Notes: a model not told the origin generated them from the sequence alone. Counted from the first letter of the stretch, positions 51,546 to 64,000 are shown. The stretch: 64,000 nucleotides of DNA from Vicugna vicugna (GCA_013265495.1 MU058636.1:6359741-6423740); one strand, 5' to 3'. Numbers and translations are program-made.

Positions 51546-53221
51546 TGAGTGTCACTCTGTCTCCTGGAATTTCTCTGATCACAAGGGAGCCAGGTGTGAC
51601 AGCTTGACTGCACCAGCACAAGGCTGGCTTTACTGTGGAGAAATAATGAAAACATACACCCTCCCTCAGGTCACCTTTAAACATAATGGACATACTTGAA
51701 CAGAACTCCTGTCATCTAAATATGCTTCTAAAAATATCTGCACCAGGAAAAGGATTCCTTATTAGAGTCATTTTCCCACATTAAACCTATAATTAGGAGA
51801 CCTGGAAGGGGGAAGCTGGTTGGCCTCCAATACAACCCACAGAGACACAGAAATTCTTGACGACCATGTCACCTCTTTAGCAGGAAGATGTGATAGCTTT
51901 AAAGGCATGTGCTCTGATCCAATACCACTTAGGCAGCCACCAAAGTACATAACGAATGAGGCTGCTCACCTCGCTCCTGACAGTTAGACATCTTCCAGCT
52001 TTCATGTTTTGAAAATTATTGAGAAGGGGCTTCCATCAATGTGATTTTTCCCCTGAGCCTCCTATGTTTACTAGGAGAGCTTCCCTGATGTACTTAGGAT
52101 TCCAAACTGGGAGGTGAGCATGAAACGAAAAATTCTTAATTTCGAGTATCAGTATGTTTAGAGCCAAAAGCAACTAATGAATTAGAATAGATTTAAACAT
52201 AAGATAATTTTGGAATCATAAACAAACAGCAATTTGAAAGTAAACTTGCTTATGAGGTAAAGTTAAGAAAAACACAGCTAAAAAATCAAATTTAGTGAGT
52301 TTCACTCGCTTCCACCTACAGTTAGAAGAATTAAATTTATACTATGCAAAAAGTTATCCCCTTGAGATTCTGTGAATGTGAGAGCTTGTAAACATAAAAT
52401 GGCTGGGGAACAGGGAACTGCCTTGAAGGGCAGTCCTTCCCTACCCCTCTGCTTTCTCCACTGAGCTGTGGATCTTCAGGTCCTCCCAGCACTTATTGAA
52501 CAAGATGAAGTTCGGAAACAAGCAAACAAACCGAAAAAAAAAAATCTTTTAAATCTCTCTTGCTTCTTCTGCTATCAACATATGCAACTGATCTCAGGAA
52601 AATAAGCTATTTCACTAGGTGAGACTTGTTGGAAGTGCCTCATGACTATAGAAATAAAATAAAAACTAGAAATGTATTATCTGTCTACAATGTGTGAAAC
52701 CACAGTCCACCTGTGCTGGGTAAAGCCAAGGACAGCTACAGACATCGATGTTAGAAAAACCAGCAACTGTGGAACAGAAGGGCAGTAAAACCCCTCAAGA
52801 CTCTAGAACCACTGGGTTGTAAATATTCTTAAACCCAGGCTTAGAAGACAAGGATGCAGCCCATATTATACTAAAATGGTTGTGTCATTTTTAGATGAGG
52901 CAATTCACATTCTGCCACTCTACCTTGATCTATATTTTCCCACGGGCACACTTGAGTGGACATCCCAGTGTTCCTGTTTATAGACTTTTACTATCCAAAG
53001 AATAGACTAATTTTACATTTCTGTTGCCTATTTCCTTTCCCAGTATGCCAAATGTAAGGAACAAACAGTCTGAATTATATTCTTCTCTGGAAATAGTTAC
53101 AGAAGTTCATCTCACTACACATACACATTCTGCAAGGAAAGGGGGGAGAAAAAATTACCTATCAGAAGTTGCCCTGTGAAATAAGATACAACACTGCTGT
53201 CTCTCAGAAAAGCACAGAATA

Positions 53222-53432
53222 TGTTAGAGGAAAAAGTTTGCTATGACACTTGTTAAGGAATGGTAAGGTAGATTTGACTCAGCATCACTGCAGTAGGGAT
53301 CACTGCAATGGGGCTTTGCAGTAGGAGACAGTGACCTGGGTCAAGTCAGAATCTAAGAAGAAAAAGTAGGGGTTTTACAACCAAGGAATTGTGGGGGTGG
53401 TGGCGGGTGTTGGTAGATGGAAAATTATTAAG
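53222..53432 (-). mobile_element. MER31-like ERV1 LTR fragment
   Basis: tgttagaggaaaaagtttgctatgacacttgttaaggaatggtaagg...gggatcactgcaatggggctttgcagt...gatggaaaattattaag follows the reverse MER31 consensus. Confidence 0.7.
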
Positions 53433-53569
53433 CGTGTAGGATAATACCCTCTTGAAAGACAGAAGAGCAGTGAGGACTCCCCTTCAGACCCTGGACAAAC
53501 CCTTCTGAATAACTCATTTAACCTTTTTTTCCCCCGTGCTTGTACTGAAAAATCATGACGAACTTCTCA

Positions 53570-53700
53570 CAGCTTACTCAGCACATTTGCACACATTATC
53601 TCATTTAAAGTAAAGAGTATAATTATCGTCATACAAGTGGGACACTCAGAAGCCAAGGTGGAGACACAGCCCAGCCCGCAGAACCGTCCCTCCACTCCCG
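53570..53700 (-). mobile_element. MIR fragment
   Basis: gcacatttgcacacattatctcatttaa...acaagtgggacactcag. Confidence 0.45.
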
Positions 53701-54049
53701 TCTCCCAGAGGTGAGTCTGTTTCTGATCAGCATCCTGATAACCACAGGCGCACATGGCCACTGTCTGCTCAGTATTTTCACCGTCTGTGGGCGCAGGCAC
53801 CTTAGATCACCTCTCTGTTCCTTTCAAAATCCACAAAACGGACATTTGCCCAAAAAGCCCCTATCAGTCCTACTAAAATATCACCTCAAACTGAATACAA
53901 AGCATCTGTTGTTTCCTAAATTATTGTCTTAATAATTATAATGGCCTTGTTGGAGATAGAAGTGATTTTACAACCTTTTATTTTTAACCACAGGGACCAA
54001 CCAGCTAAGAGCTCACACAGATACAAGTACATACATTACATTCAACCTT

Positions 54050-54660
54050 TGAGAAAACTGGAGAAGCATCAGGACTCCCTGATCATTGCTTAGTCTGAGT
54101 GGAAAAGCCCCACGATGTTCAAAACACAGTCCAGGCGAGGCTGGTCTCCAAGCAGAACTCACGGATACAGAGGGAAGGCCGAACCTCAAAATGAAAACAC
54201 CTGAACAGACAGCAGTTGAGAGAGAAAACTCTAAAATCCCCTTGTTTTAACAGAGCTTTCTGAAAATCCAGCCTCCAGGAAGAGGGAGGAGACTTACCCT
54301 GAGCACCTAGAGAATGTGAGAATTCTGCTGCCACAAATCCCCGTCCAGGGAGTTTCCAGCCAGGAAGGAATGACCATCAGCACCTGGACGAGAAACGTGA
54401 AATCTTTTAACAAGCCTTATCGGAACTTCCCGTATCAGGACGTTCCCACTGAAGCCCTAACCGCCAGCACCCCTTAAGTACATAACCCTTTATCCCTGGC
54501 TATTCGGAGAGCTTCTTCTCATAGGCTGCTGCTGCATGCGTGTGTAATAACAGTTTCTCCCATCAACCTGAAGAAAATTTCAGATTGTCAGTTAATTCGC
54601 AGGTCCTGACCACTACCACTCAGAGCTCAACTGGGAGAGATAAAGTTTTCCTTCCAGACC
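54050..54660 (+). mobile_element. ERV1-type solo LTR (MER34/MER39-like end)
   Basis: 3' end ttgtcagttaattcgcaggtcctgaccact...gagagataaagttttccttccagac resembles MER34-group termini. TATA-like acataaccc and a relatively CpG-rich body. Left boundary uncertain. Confidence 0.5.
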
Positions 54661-56719
54661 TCCAACATCACCAAACCACCCAGCTGACCCGGTTGCCCCC
54701 TCACCTCCAAGGCTATAGTTAAGTGAGAAAAATAAGCCTCAGTATTGGTTGGATTTTCCGAAACTTACAGCAGAGAGTTCATAATTCACTGTGCTCATTC
54801 TCTTGCGCCTGGACACAAGATAACTACCCCCAACCCACAGTATAATAGGAAAAGTCGTAGTTCTGACTTGGATCCCAGAAGAATCAAAAGAAAGTACAGC
54901 AACATCTGATCACATCTGTGTTGCAACTGCAACAAATCCTACTCCATAAACCAATGCAGATCAGCTTCCCATAATTCCTCAAACAACCCATTCCAATTCT
55001 GGTAAAATGAACAAGGTATTTTTTAAAACACTACAGTAGTTTTCAAAAACTCCTTCAACTATTGTTCAGAAAATGTTCAGATTTGGGAACTATGTGTTTT
55101 CATAATTAAAAGATGCTCTCTTCCCCCAAAGTCCTCAGTTTGTGGGGGGCCGTTTGCAGCAGGGCGATAATAGAGGGTAGAGGGGGAAATTAGAGGGAGT
55201 CCTGGGCGGAATGCGTGCTTCTTCCAGAGTCAGCAGGAGAGGTGGAGGCAAAGGTGGGAGTGAGCTGAGTGCTCAGTAAGAAGAAGCAGGATGAAAGGGT
55301 GGGAAAAAATGGGCACCACACCCAGACCTGCATCCCAGTCGGGAGGGTTCATGAACTTAGAGAAATGAAATGGAAACTTGAACTACAAAGCCCGAACCTT
55401 TAAATTAGCCTGGCAGTTGGCAAGACTCTAAGAGAAAAGAATATTTTTACATTTTACAAGCTCTGTGGAAGCTAGCTGAATCTTGATACATCTTCATCCA
55501 CAAAATGAAAGGATACTATTAAGTGCATCCTAAGATTCTCTCAGCCCGGAGATCTCAGAATTCTGCAATTTGTCTTCACAGGAGGATCCTGGCCATAGCT
55601 TTTCAAGTTAAATCTACATCTCTTCCTCCAGCCTGAAAAAAGAAAGCCCATGAGTTTGAAAAAGAAACTGTCCTATTATTCCCCCAGTGGAATAGCTAGT
55701 GTATTTAATTCTAGCCCAATAACTGAGCCTCATTGATCAACAGGTGCAGTACTTCACTCCATAACTATTTTGTAAAGCACCCACCACATATCTAGAGACT
55801 GTGGTTGCATTCAGGGTACAGAGATAAGTCACAGTATCTACTTTCAAGTTACTCAGTTTAGCTTAAGCCAACAATTTTTCCAAAATCTACTCCAAATATT
55901 ATTGCATAAATGAATGAATAATTATTGTGACTCTGTAATCATTTTTCTAAGGGGAAGATTCTTCCCTCTTATTAGCACCCTCTGAGGTTGGTAACATAAA
56001 GAGAATATTTGTAATTCTCTGGCTGGGTGTTAGTATGCTGGCACCCAGTAGCTCATAATAAGACTGTGGAGTAATGTTTGAACATCAGAGCAGAGCACCT
56101 CCTATCCATTCTAGATACTTTCCTCCCCAAACATGATTAAATAATAATGAAGGTTTAGGTAGTTCTTTGTTAAAATGTTCAGGTAATTCCTCCAAAACCT
56201 GACAGAGTAGGGGAGTGATGGTGATGGATGGAATCAATTACCATGCCAATGGGCACCTCACTCTCTTGAACCCTAAAGAGGAAGAGGCACTTCTTTCAAA
56301 GGCTTGGATGATTCATTTTCTTCTCTCACTCCATTTCTTCTTACTATCTTCCCTCTTGAAGTTTTGTCCCCAGCTATGACTTAATATCACAGTTTCCCCC
56401 CCTTATCCCAGGATATCCCATACCCTCTAACGTATAAAGTCCCAGTTCTATGGTCAATTTCTGTTTCTTGCAAATTTCACAAACTCAGGCACCCAGTGAA
56501 TAGCAAATACTTTCTCTTAGACACAATTTCTGCTGATTTACAAAGTGAAGAGAGGGTCTGCTAGCTCCACTTAGGAAATAATGTGCTCATGACCCTTGGA
56601 TTTAGGTTGGTGGTGAAGGGGGAGAAATAGTAGAGCTTTCTCTCTGGAGTGTAGTGATTTTATCCTCAAGTATCCAAATATAACAGCAATAGCAACCCCA
56701 CTAAAAGAAATGTAAGTGG

Positions 56720-56867
56720 AGGGGGGAGGCTATAGCTCAAATGGTAGAGCACATGCTTAGCATGCACAAGGTCCTGGGTTCAATCCCCAGTACTGCCTCC
56801 AAAAAAATAAATTCATAAATAAGTAAATGTAATTACCTCCCTCTCAAAAATTTGAAAAAAAATACTT
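56720..56867 (+). mobile_element. Camelid tRNA-Ala-derived SINE (vic-1 type)
   Basis: ggggggaggctatagctcaaatggtagagcacatgcttagcatgcacaaggtcctgggttcaatccccagtac, then tail aattacctccc. TSD agaaatgtaagtgg (56706-56719) / agagatgtaagtgg (56868-56881). Confidence 0.92.
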
Positions 56868-57215
56868 AGAGATGTAAGTGGGTTAACTTCCTTCCACCAG
56901 CAGTGTGTGTTTGTTCAAGTAACATTACTTGAAGAGTTAGTATTCACATTCATCCACAATGAGAATAAAGAGATGCCCAAGGTGATATTGATAAATAGCC
57001 AGAGAGGGAAGTGACTCTGTTTGGTGAGAATAAGAAAGACTTCACAGACAATGTGGTATTTAACTTGACATTTGAAGGACCTTCACCAGGAACAGAGGTG
57101 TTATAAAGGCGGGAAAACTTAGGGGTATATTTCAGTCAAGGGGAAAAGATGAGCAACGCACAGAGGCATGAATCTGCCTGGTATGTTGAAGACGTTATTA
57201 AAAGTCAACCATTCT

Positions 57216-57348
57216 GGGGGGACAGTAAGCTCAAGATGTAGAGTGCATGCTTAGCATGCATGAGGCCCTGGGTTCAATCCCCAGTACCTCCTCCAAAAAT
57301 AAATAAAGCCAATTACCTCACCCTCTGCATAAATTAATTAATTAATTA
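57216..57348 (+). mobile_element. Camelid tRNA-Ala-derived SINE (vic-1 type)
   Basis: ggggggacagtaagctcaagatgtagagtgcatgcttagcatgcatgaggccctgggttcaatccccagtacc. Perfect 16-bp TSD aaaagtcaaccattct at 57200-57215 and 57349-57364. Confidence 0.92.
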
Positions 57349-58026
57349 AAAAGTCAACCATTCTAAAAATATTTGGGGAATCTTAGACCTGAGGCTTCCT
57401 CCACAGTTGCTGCTCTATGAAAAGAATCCTGAAGGCCCACATGACTTTTGAGAAATAACAATGGGAGACTGAGATTGTCCCCAGCTAACTTTATAAACAT
57501 CCTCCTTGGGTTGAATAAAGCCTCTAGAGGATGGCAGAGGCAGAGTCAAGAAAGGGAAGAACAAAGCCATGTGCAATGCTGTTTGTGAGTTGTATGCCCC
57601 CAAAAAAAAACATAAAATCCAATTCATCTGTCATTCCATGGCTTCTTAAAGTGAGTAATTCAATCTGATCTTTATTTTCCCCAAACCACATTTAAGGGGG
57701 AGAAAAGTTACTATGGAGCTGCTCTGAAGAAAGCATGAGATCCTGCAAGAATAAAGTAATAACTAAAATCAAGGCGTCTACAATACAGAAGGATAGCTGG
57801 ATGGAAGAGATCACAAAACGAGAAGGAAGACTGTAATGTGTGTTGTAAGAAAGGTATAATCTAAGAAATGAGAGATGATGTCTAAGTAGAGGAATCAGTG
57901 GAGGCTTCCTGAGGGAAGAAGTAAGCAACGTCATGAAGGCTGGACAGGAGTTTGGCAGGTGAAAATGTAGACGGAAGGCTATTCTAGCAGAGGCAGTAGC
58001 ATATGGTGGGAAACCATAGACGTGTG

Positions 58027-58767
58027 CAGAGTGTCCAATAACACTTTTGGAGATGTTGGAAATATTCCATATCTAAACTGTCCAGTATAGTAGCTACAAG
58101 CTACCTGGGGCTACTGAGCACTTTCAAGTTGACTAGTGCAACGGAAGAACTCTATTTTTAGTTCTATATAATTTTAATTAAATTTAACTAGCCACTGTGG
58201 GAATAAAGACCAATCAAATGAAGACAGGCTTAGGCTTTTTACTCGGAGTTTGCTCTGACAAGGGAGTCAGCCACTGTTAACTGTATTTTGACAGGGACTC
58301 AAAGGCCGACGGAGGAGCAGGAAAGCTGTATAGTGGGAAAAAGGAAAGGCTCCAGGTGTGCCCCGATTGGAGGCTGTTGACATGGAGAAGGTGTAGGTGG
58401 GCTAACTAGATGTGGGACAACCTATGTGGCTGGTTGGGGGTGCATAGCTGGCTTTCTCTGATTGGTCCTAAGCTGGAAGTAGGGACAAAACATAGAGGAA
58501 CTCTCAGTCATGAGTCAAATCCTGGCTGTTTGGGAACTACTCCTGCAGGGGTTATTGTTTAGCTTGCTGGAGTGTTGCTAGACACAGTGGCCTTATTTCC
58601 TATAAATATGATGTTTAGATAGGCTGGTTACTGTAGATCATGGCTTGGTGTTCTGGGCTGTTTTCTGCAGATTGTGGGTCAGAGTTCTATTTTCATACAT
58701 GGTCTATCATCTGTATATCTGTCCTCACACCACTAATGACTAGTGGCCACAGCACTGGACAGTATAG
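58027..58767. mobile_element. MER3 DNA transposon split by an LTR insertion
   Basis: Left part 58027-58195 (gtgtccaataacacttttggagatgttggaaatattccatatc...aatttaactagccac). Right part 58730-58767 (ccactaatgactagtggccacagcactggacagtatag). Confidence 0.8.
58196..58729 (-). mobile_element. ERV1-class solo LTR nested in MER3
   Basis: TGTG...CACA termini. 4-bp TSD ccac at 58192-58195 and 58730-58733. CCAAT boxes and an agtaaa polyA-like signal on the minus strand. Confidence 0.85.
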
Positions 58768-60234
58768 TCCCATAGTAACAAGAAGTCCAGTTTGGTGGAA
58801 TACAGATGTGTTTCAGGAAACAGTAGAAAATCAGCCTGATACCAGAGATCAGAAGTCAGGGTGCCAGTCAAAAGAATCGGTATTTGTTCTGATATAAACT
58901 ATCATGGAAAATTTGAGGACAGGAAGCTACAGCTTTGCTTTAAGGATTACTCAAATATTGATACAGAAAATGGAACTGAGAAGGAAGCTACTGGAAACAG
59001 GTCAACATATTGTAACTGTCTAAACAAGAGGATATGAGGCTACAGGATGCTGGGAATGTGAATGGAAGGATGTGAACAGGAGCTAAAATAATTTGGAGGT
59101 ACAGTATGGAGCTCTTGAAATCTGATTGGACATGAGGAATTAAAACAAAAGGGGCCTCCAAAGGACTTTTGAGCCCAGAGTAGGGGGAAGATTACAGATC
59201 TTTTAAAGACTAAGGAATTAAGTACATAGCAAGACTGGAGAATGGGGCAAAGGAAGGGAAAATGATGGGTTTCAGACTAGTCAGCCCCAACAGATGAAAA
59301 ATGAATAAAAAGTAGAAAAATAAGTCAGGAGAAACCAAAAGAAAGTATGCCTTCAAACAAGAGAAAGTTCCTCGAAAAGATTAACAAATAGATATGTCAA
59401 TCAGAAATTACATTATTTCACTCAGTAAACAATTACGCATTCTACTCAAATCCCTAGATTGTGCTTGAGACAGTTTTCAGATGGTCTCAGTTAATTAGAA
59501 GAGTTCTGTTCAACATAAGCAGTAATATCAGGAGTCTTTTTTTTTTTTGAGGAAAAAAACCTGATTTGGTTCTTTGTTCTACCTGAGCTTTATTAGTTAA
59601 TTTAAAAAAGCAAATCTAAACAAGCATTCTTAGTAACATGCTCCATATTAATTAATAAAATCTTTATAAGAAGAGGATGCCCACTCTTTTCAAGAGAAGT
59701 AATCAAGGAAATACTGGCGTCTCAGGAGAAACTGAGTATTCATCAAGGCTTTTGGGTCACCTAGCATCTCCTCTTTCTGGTTGATCAGTCTAACTTGAAC
59801 TTGGTTCATAGCAACTTTCTTTTCTTATCTCATTGTATTATTTTTCCTTGGGACTTTTGTGACAAAGGGTATTTAAATTCAAATGTGCCAGTTCCCCATG
59901 TAGGTAAAACCCAAGCAACCAGGAACCTTCCTACTACTCACTCCCCCGTAACTGTCATTCTTCCAACATCTCAGCTGAAAGCTGATCAGTGAGGGACCTG
60001 CTAGTTCAAAGGCAACTGACAAGATTGACAGAGATGTCCCCTCCCAAGTGGCCACCACTGTGTGAGATCTCAGAAGGCAGAGACTCCCGTTTGGTTCAAT
60101 GTCACCTATGAGGTCCTTCATACAAAGGGGTCTCTCAAACCACTTTGGCTGAATGAATCACTAAAGAAAGGGGAAAAAATGTCTACAGAACAGGTGAAAA
60201 CGCTGACTTATGCTGTATCCTCGAGTATCATTGC

Positions 60235-60345
60235 ACAATTTACCTACTCAAGTATTTGCTGAGTGCAAACTACAGGTCAGATAGTTTACTAGCCAAGTGC
60301 CTGAAAAACAAGAGATAAACACTATACAGCTCCTGTCCTCCAAAA
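60235..60345 (-). mobile_element. L2 3' end
   Basis: actcaagtatttgctgagtgcaaactacaggtcag...acagctcctgtcctccaa. Confidence 0.5.
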
Positions 60346-61659
60346 ATACATTAAATTAAAATCTTTGTTATCTATGTTTTCATGTAAAGTTGACGACAGA
60401 TCATGCTTAATTACTATGCTGTTTAATGCACAGCGTTGCACTTATAAAGTACTCAAAACGCTCTACTGGACAAAAACAGTGCTGAAGGACGCCCCTGTCA
60501 TTTCCCAAGAATGCCAGGCCCTTTCTGATTGTTAGGTCTCTCACTTCAGTGGTTTTAACAAGAAGATTTGCTTGCAAAGGTGAAAACACAACTCAGTTAT
60601 CTTATACCCAGAAAGTAAAGGTGCTGGCTTAAGGAACATGCCTTCCAGTGGCCTCATAACAAAATCCAAACAAGCTGAAAAATCAAATGCAAGTTCTTTA
60701 TTTCAATAATTCTCCTTTAAAAGTAAATCTTTAGAGACTAGAGTATATCATTTCACCAACAATAAACTTTCCAACATAATTTCCTCCAGCTTATCTTACC
60801 ATAAATCAAGATCCTCTCCAAAACCAAACCAAAAAATTAAAAAAACTTTAATTAATTGATATCAAAAATACATACTTTAAGGAAAGTAATTAAGATACAG
60901 TGATGATTACAAGTGCAGAATAATAAAGCTGGGGTCATTTATCTTCACTTGCCTTTTTCTTCCACATTCTGAATATTTCACAGATAGCAAAGCAGTCACA
61001 AACAGGATTTGGTTTGAATCCGTCACTAAGCATTTTTAGAAGAATTTCAGTTATCACTCATGTAATATATGCTAATCTGGAGTTGAACACGGCCTCAGGT
61101 GTGATAAGGAAAGCATTAATTAACCACAGTTCTGATTCCCAAAGGCAAAGTAAAATCTCACTGCTTAGTGATCCAGAAACAGGAGTTCTATTCGAACATT
61201 CCCAAAATTCCAAAAGAGTTTCTAAAAATGGATTATCATTATGAAAGCAAGGACCTAGCGCCATCCTCAGTGGTAAATCCTCTCCCTGGGATTTTCTCCA
61301 TCCTGGCAAAAAGATCAATACAACAGTCAGACAGATTCATTTCCAATAGACAAGTAAGCCCCTTATGGGAAGGTCACTTAATGTGATACTGAGCTTTCGG
61401 ACTCCTCATTCCGCTCTCAGACTTCATTTCTTGGAAGCAGAACAGGCTTAAAGGAAGTCCCGGGAGCACGTGGATGCCCCTTCTGCGCTGGCTCTACCCT
61501 TCACGGCTCTGCTTCCACCCTCCCTGCAATCCCATCATATGAATAAATGCTTATCCAGCCTCCTAAGGAGTGAGGTCAGCACTTTCAGGAAGCAACCTGT
61601 CTGGTGAGGCCAAGAGAAGTGGACGTTGCACTCCTTCTCATTTCAAAGCGACCATCTAT

Positions 61660-62000
61660 CCGGAGGTTTTTGGCAAGTGAAACAGCCCAACTCAGGCTAA
61701 TGTAGGCAGAAAGGAGATTTAATCAAAACACACCACGTAGCTCACACAATCAGGAAGATCATAAAACCAGCCTGGAGGATATACAAATGGAAAAGAGGCC
61801 CCCTTTCTTGCATAGGAAGGGACCATCATGAAAACAGCAACAGAGGGATTGGAGAAACAGCCGACCACCCCCGACCCACCTTAGACTGAGACTGGCCAGC
61901 TAACGTGGACCCTGACTGTCTTGGCTGCATTCACTGTGACTCTGAGACAGGTGGCTCTGAGATCCATACCAGTCCCGGAAGAGAAGTACAGTGACAGTTT
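61660..62000 (-). mobile_element. Degraded MLT1 (K/L-like) LTR
   Basis: ttttggcaagtgaaacagcccaactcaggctaatgtaggcagaaaggagatttaat...gtagctcacacaatc matches the reverse 3' end of old MLT1 elements. Confidence 0.5.
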
Positions 62001-62829
62001 ATATGCACAAGGTGAGGCCCAGCGGGGCCGTTCCACGGGCCTAAAACAAAAACTGACGTAATGACCAGGAGCACAACTGAAGGTGTCAGAGGCGCGACGA
62101 AGTCCAAGGCAAAACTGACAAAGGCTGTTCATTCATAAACCTGCAGCTCTGTCCTCGTTCCCAAGTCAGCAGCGGTTCAAGGGTGTTAGAAGGAGAGTGA
62201 GTTTTACGGAGTAAAAAGAGCAAATACTGAGAGCATGTCTGATTGGCAAGTGTTCGGCTGAGGTGGGATTTTTGGAAGAGGGGAGATTTTGTATTGGCCT
62301 TCGGGTACATGCGATAGTCCCTGGTAGCCTACAAGGGGACAAATATTCATTTGATGACATTTCAAAAGAGAAAGGATTGTTCAATGTCGGGGGCACAGGG
62401 TTTTCTGTCCTGACCACTCTGTGAAACCAGATGCGGCAGAGGGAGTCGAGAGGTCTTTCTTACAGCAACGGTCCTTGTGGCTAGCTGACTTCTGGGACAA
62501 GCATTTTCTCAAAACCTAGGAGACAAAATGGGTCAGGAACCAAAGGCGACCGACCCCGTGTGGCACAGATACAAACTAGAGAAAGCAGGTGCAGGGTGAC
62601 ACTGACAACGAGCTTTCTGCCATCTTGGCTGAGTTTTACTGGTCCAGCCGTAGAAACAGCAGCTATCCACAGGGGAGTCTCGGTTTTCAGATATCCTAAA
62701 TGTAGTATTTCCATCCTTGGGATTATGCGCTTCTGGTCATCAGAACTGCAGATTGCACTGTGCTTTCCTCTATTCAATCAGATGCTAAGAACTTTTTGAC
62801 ATGAAAATAAGGATGCTACACAAAATATG

Positions 62830-63209
62830 TGCTATGGACTGAACGTTTGTGTCCCTGCCCAAACGCATGTGTTGAACCCTAACTCCCAGTGTGATGGTAT
62901 TAGGAGGTAGGACTTTGGGAGGTAATTAAGATTGAATGAGGTAATGAGAGTGGAGTCCTCACGAATGGGATTAGTGCTCTTAAAAGAGTCATGAGAGAGA
63001 CTGCTTCCTCTTTCTGCTTTCTGCCACCTGAGGAAACAGCTGGAAGTCAATGGTCTGCAACTCAGAAGGGGGCTCTGCCCAGAACCTGACTATGTTGGCA
63101 CCCTGATCTTGGACTTCCAGGCTCCAGAACTGTGATAAATACATCTCTGTGATTTAAAAATCACTCAGTCTATGGTACATCTGTCACAACAGCCCACATG
63201 AATATGACA
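62830..63209 (+). mobile_element. MLT1A-like ERVL-MaLR solo LTR
   Basis: tgctatggactgaacgtttgtgtccc...gtgtgatggtattaggaggtaggactttgggagg...ggcaccctgatcttggacttccaggctccagaactgtga...atgaca. 5-bp TSD atatg (62825-62829) / acatg (63210-63214). Confidence 0.9.
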
Positions 63210-64000
63210 ACATGTTTGGACTAACACATCAGTAAGGCTACTATTAACAGGATTAAAGACTAAAGACGTTGGGCAGCCGCTAATCCTGATCTGAACAATA
63301 CAACATTATAGGATTGTTCTCCCAATTGGCCCTAAAGCACTAAGTCTTTCAAGTTAAGAGTTTACCCTCTGTCACCTCTTCCCAAACCATGAGCTGTGTG
63401 TTCATGTGTGTCATGTGTGTGGGTATTAGGAATTGAGGATCAAGGTTAGAATGAGTAGAAAGAAAAGAAAAAGATAAACTAAGAGCTTTAGAAAATAGCT
63501 GGGGGAAAAGTCTGTGCTTCTGCATAGCCTGATGTAAATTTTATGTAAATACACATACTTCACTCCTATTTAGCCTTCAGTAAAAACCAGGCGATGACCA
63601 TTACCTTTAACATCCCATTAGCTTTTTATTATATTCCCTATGAAATCACCCAGTCACCGTTCTCATAAAAAATTTACCTTAAATGCTTAGTACTAAGCTC
63701 TTTGATTAAGTGCCTCCCACAAATACAAAGAAGAAGTAAATAAATAAAAATTGTTCAAATCTGTTCACTTGTTTAAATTAAAATTCAAACTTCTGGAGGT
63801 AAGAAGTAACTTAATACTTATCATGCTGCGAGCTTTAAATATTAAATATCACTGTGTATGAAATGCCCGCATCTTTGAGAGAAAGGACAAAAAAAAACCC
63901 ACATGAATTCAGTAGGACTTAATATATAGTTTAAATGGCGTTTGTATATTTTCTCTGATATTTTCTGAAAATGTAGAAAGGAATGTTAATTTTTCCAAAT

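Larger units (their letters stand above)
57700..59370 (-). mobile_element. L2 LINE remnant interrupted by MER3 and an LTR
   Basis: ggaatcagtggaggcttcctgagggaag...ggaaggctattctagcagaggcagtagcat before 58020, and further reverse L2 blocks after 58770 (ttgaaatctgattggacatgagg). Confidence 0.6.

Noticed and set aside
1..64000. Prokaryote-style or novel multi-gene system (CRISPR array, operon, intact provirus or transposase)
   Set aside because: No repeat-spacer array, no gag/pol/env or transposase frames and no gene-dense structure. All LTRs are solo or fragmentary and the DNA transposons are non-autonomous.

Overview
Mammalian non-coding DNA, very probably from a camelid (camel/llama/alpaca). 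The main evidence is three tRNA-Ala(AGC)-derived SINEs of the Tylopoda vic-1 type with target-site duplications. I found no protein-coding exon, real tRNA/rRNA gene, recognisable miRNA or CRISPR array. The only protein-like ORFs are LINE-1 ORF2 remnants. Much of the window is interspersed repeat: MIR, L2, old and young L1, MLT1/LTR16/ERV1-type solo LTRs, MER3 and MER82. It also has microsatellites and one 239-N scaffold gap. The unique DNA contains a CpG-rich promoter-like element at about 14.5-15.4 kb and a dense kB/ETS/AP-1/octamer/RUNX motif cluster at about 40.5-41.1 kb, which together suggest an inducible, possibly immune, regulatory domain. A possible spliced non-coding transcript lies at 7.8-10.3 kb. 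I cannot name the neighbouring gene and see no evidence for a new biological system. The best leads are regulatory hypotheses and transposon-nesting histories. Repeat family names come from recalled consensus sequences, not a RepeatMasker run, and boundaries without TSDs are approximate.
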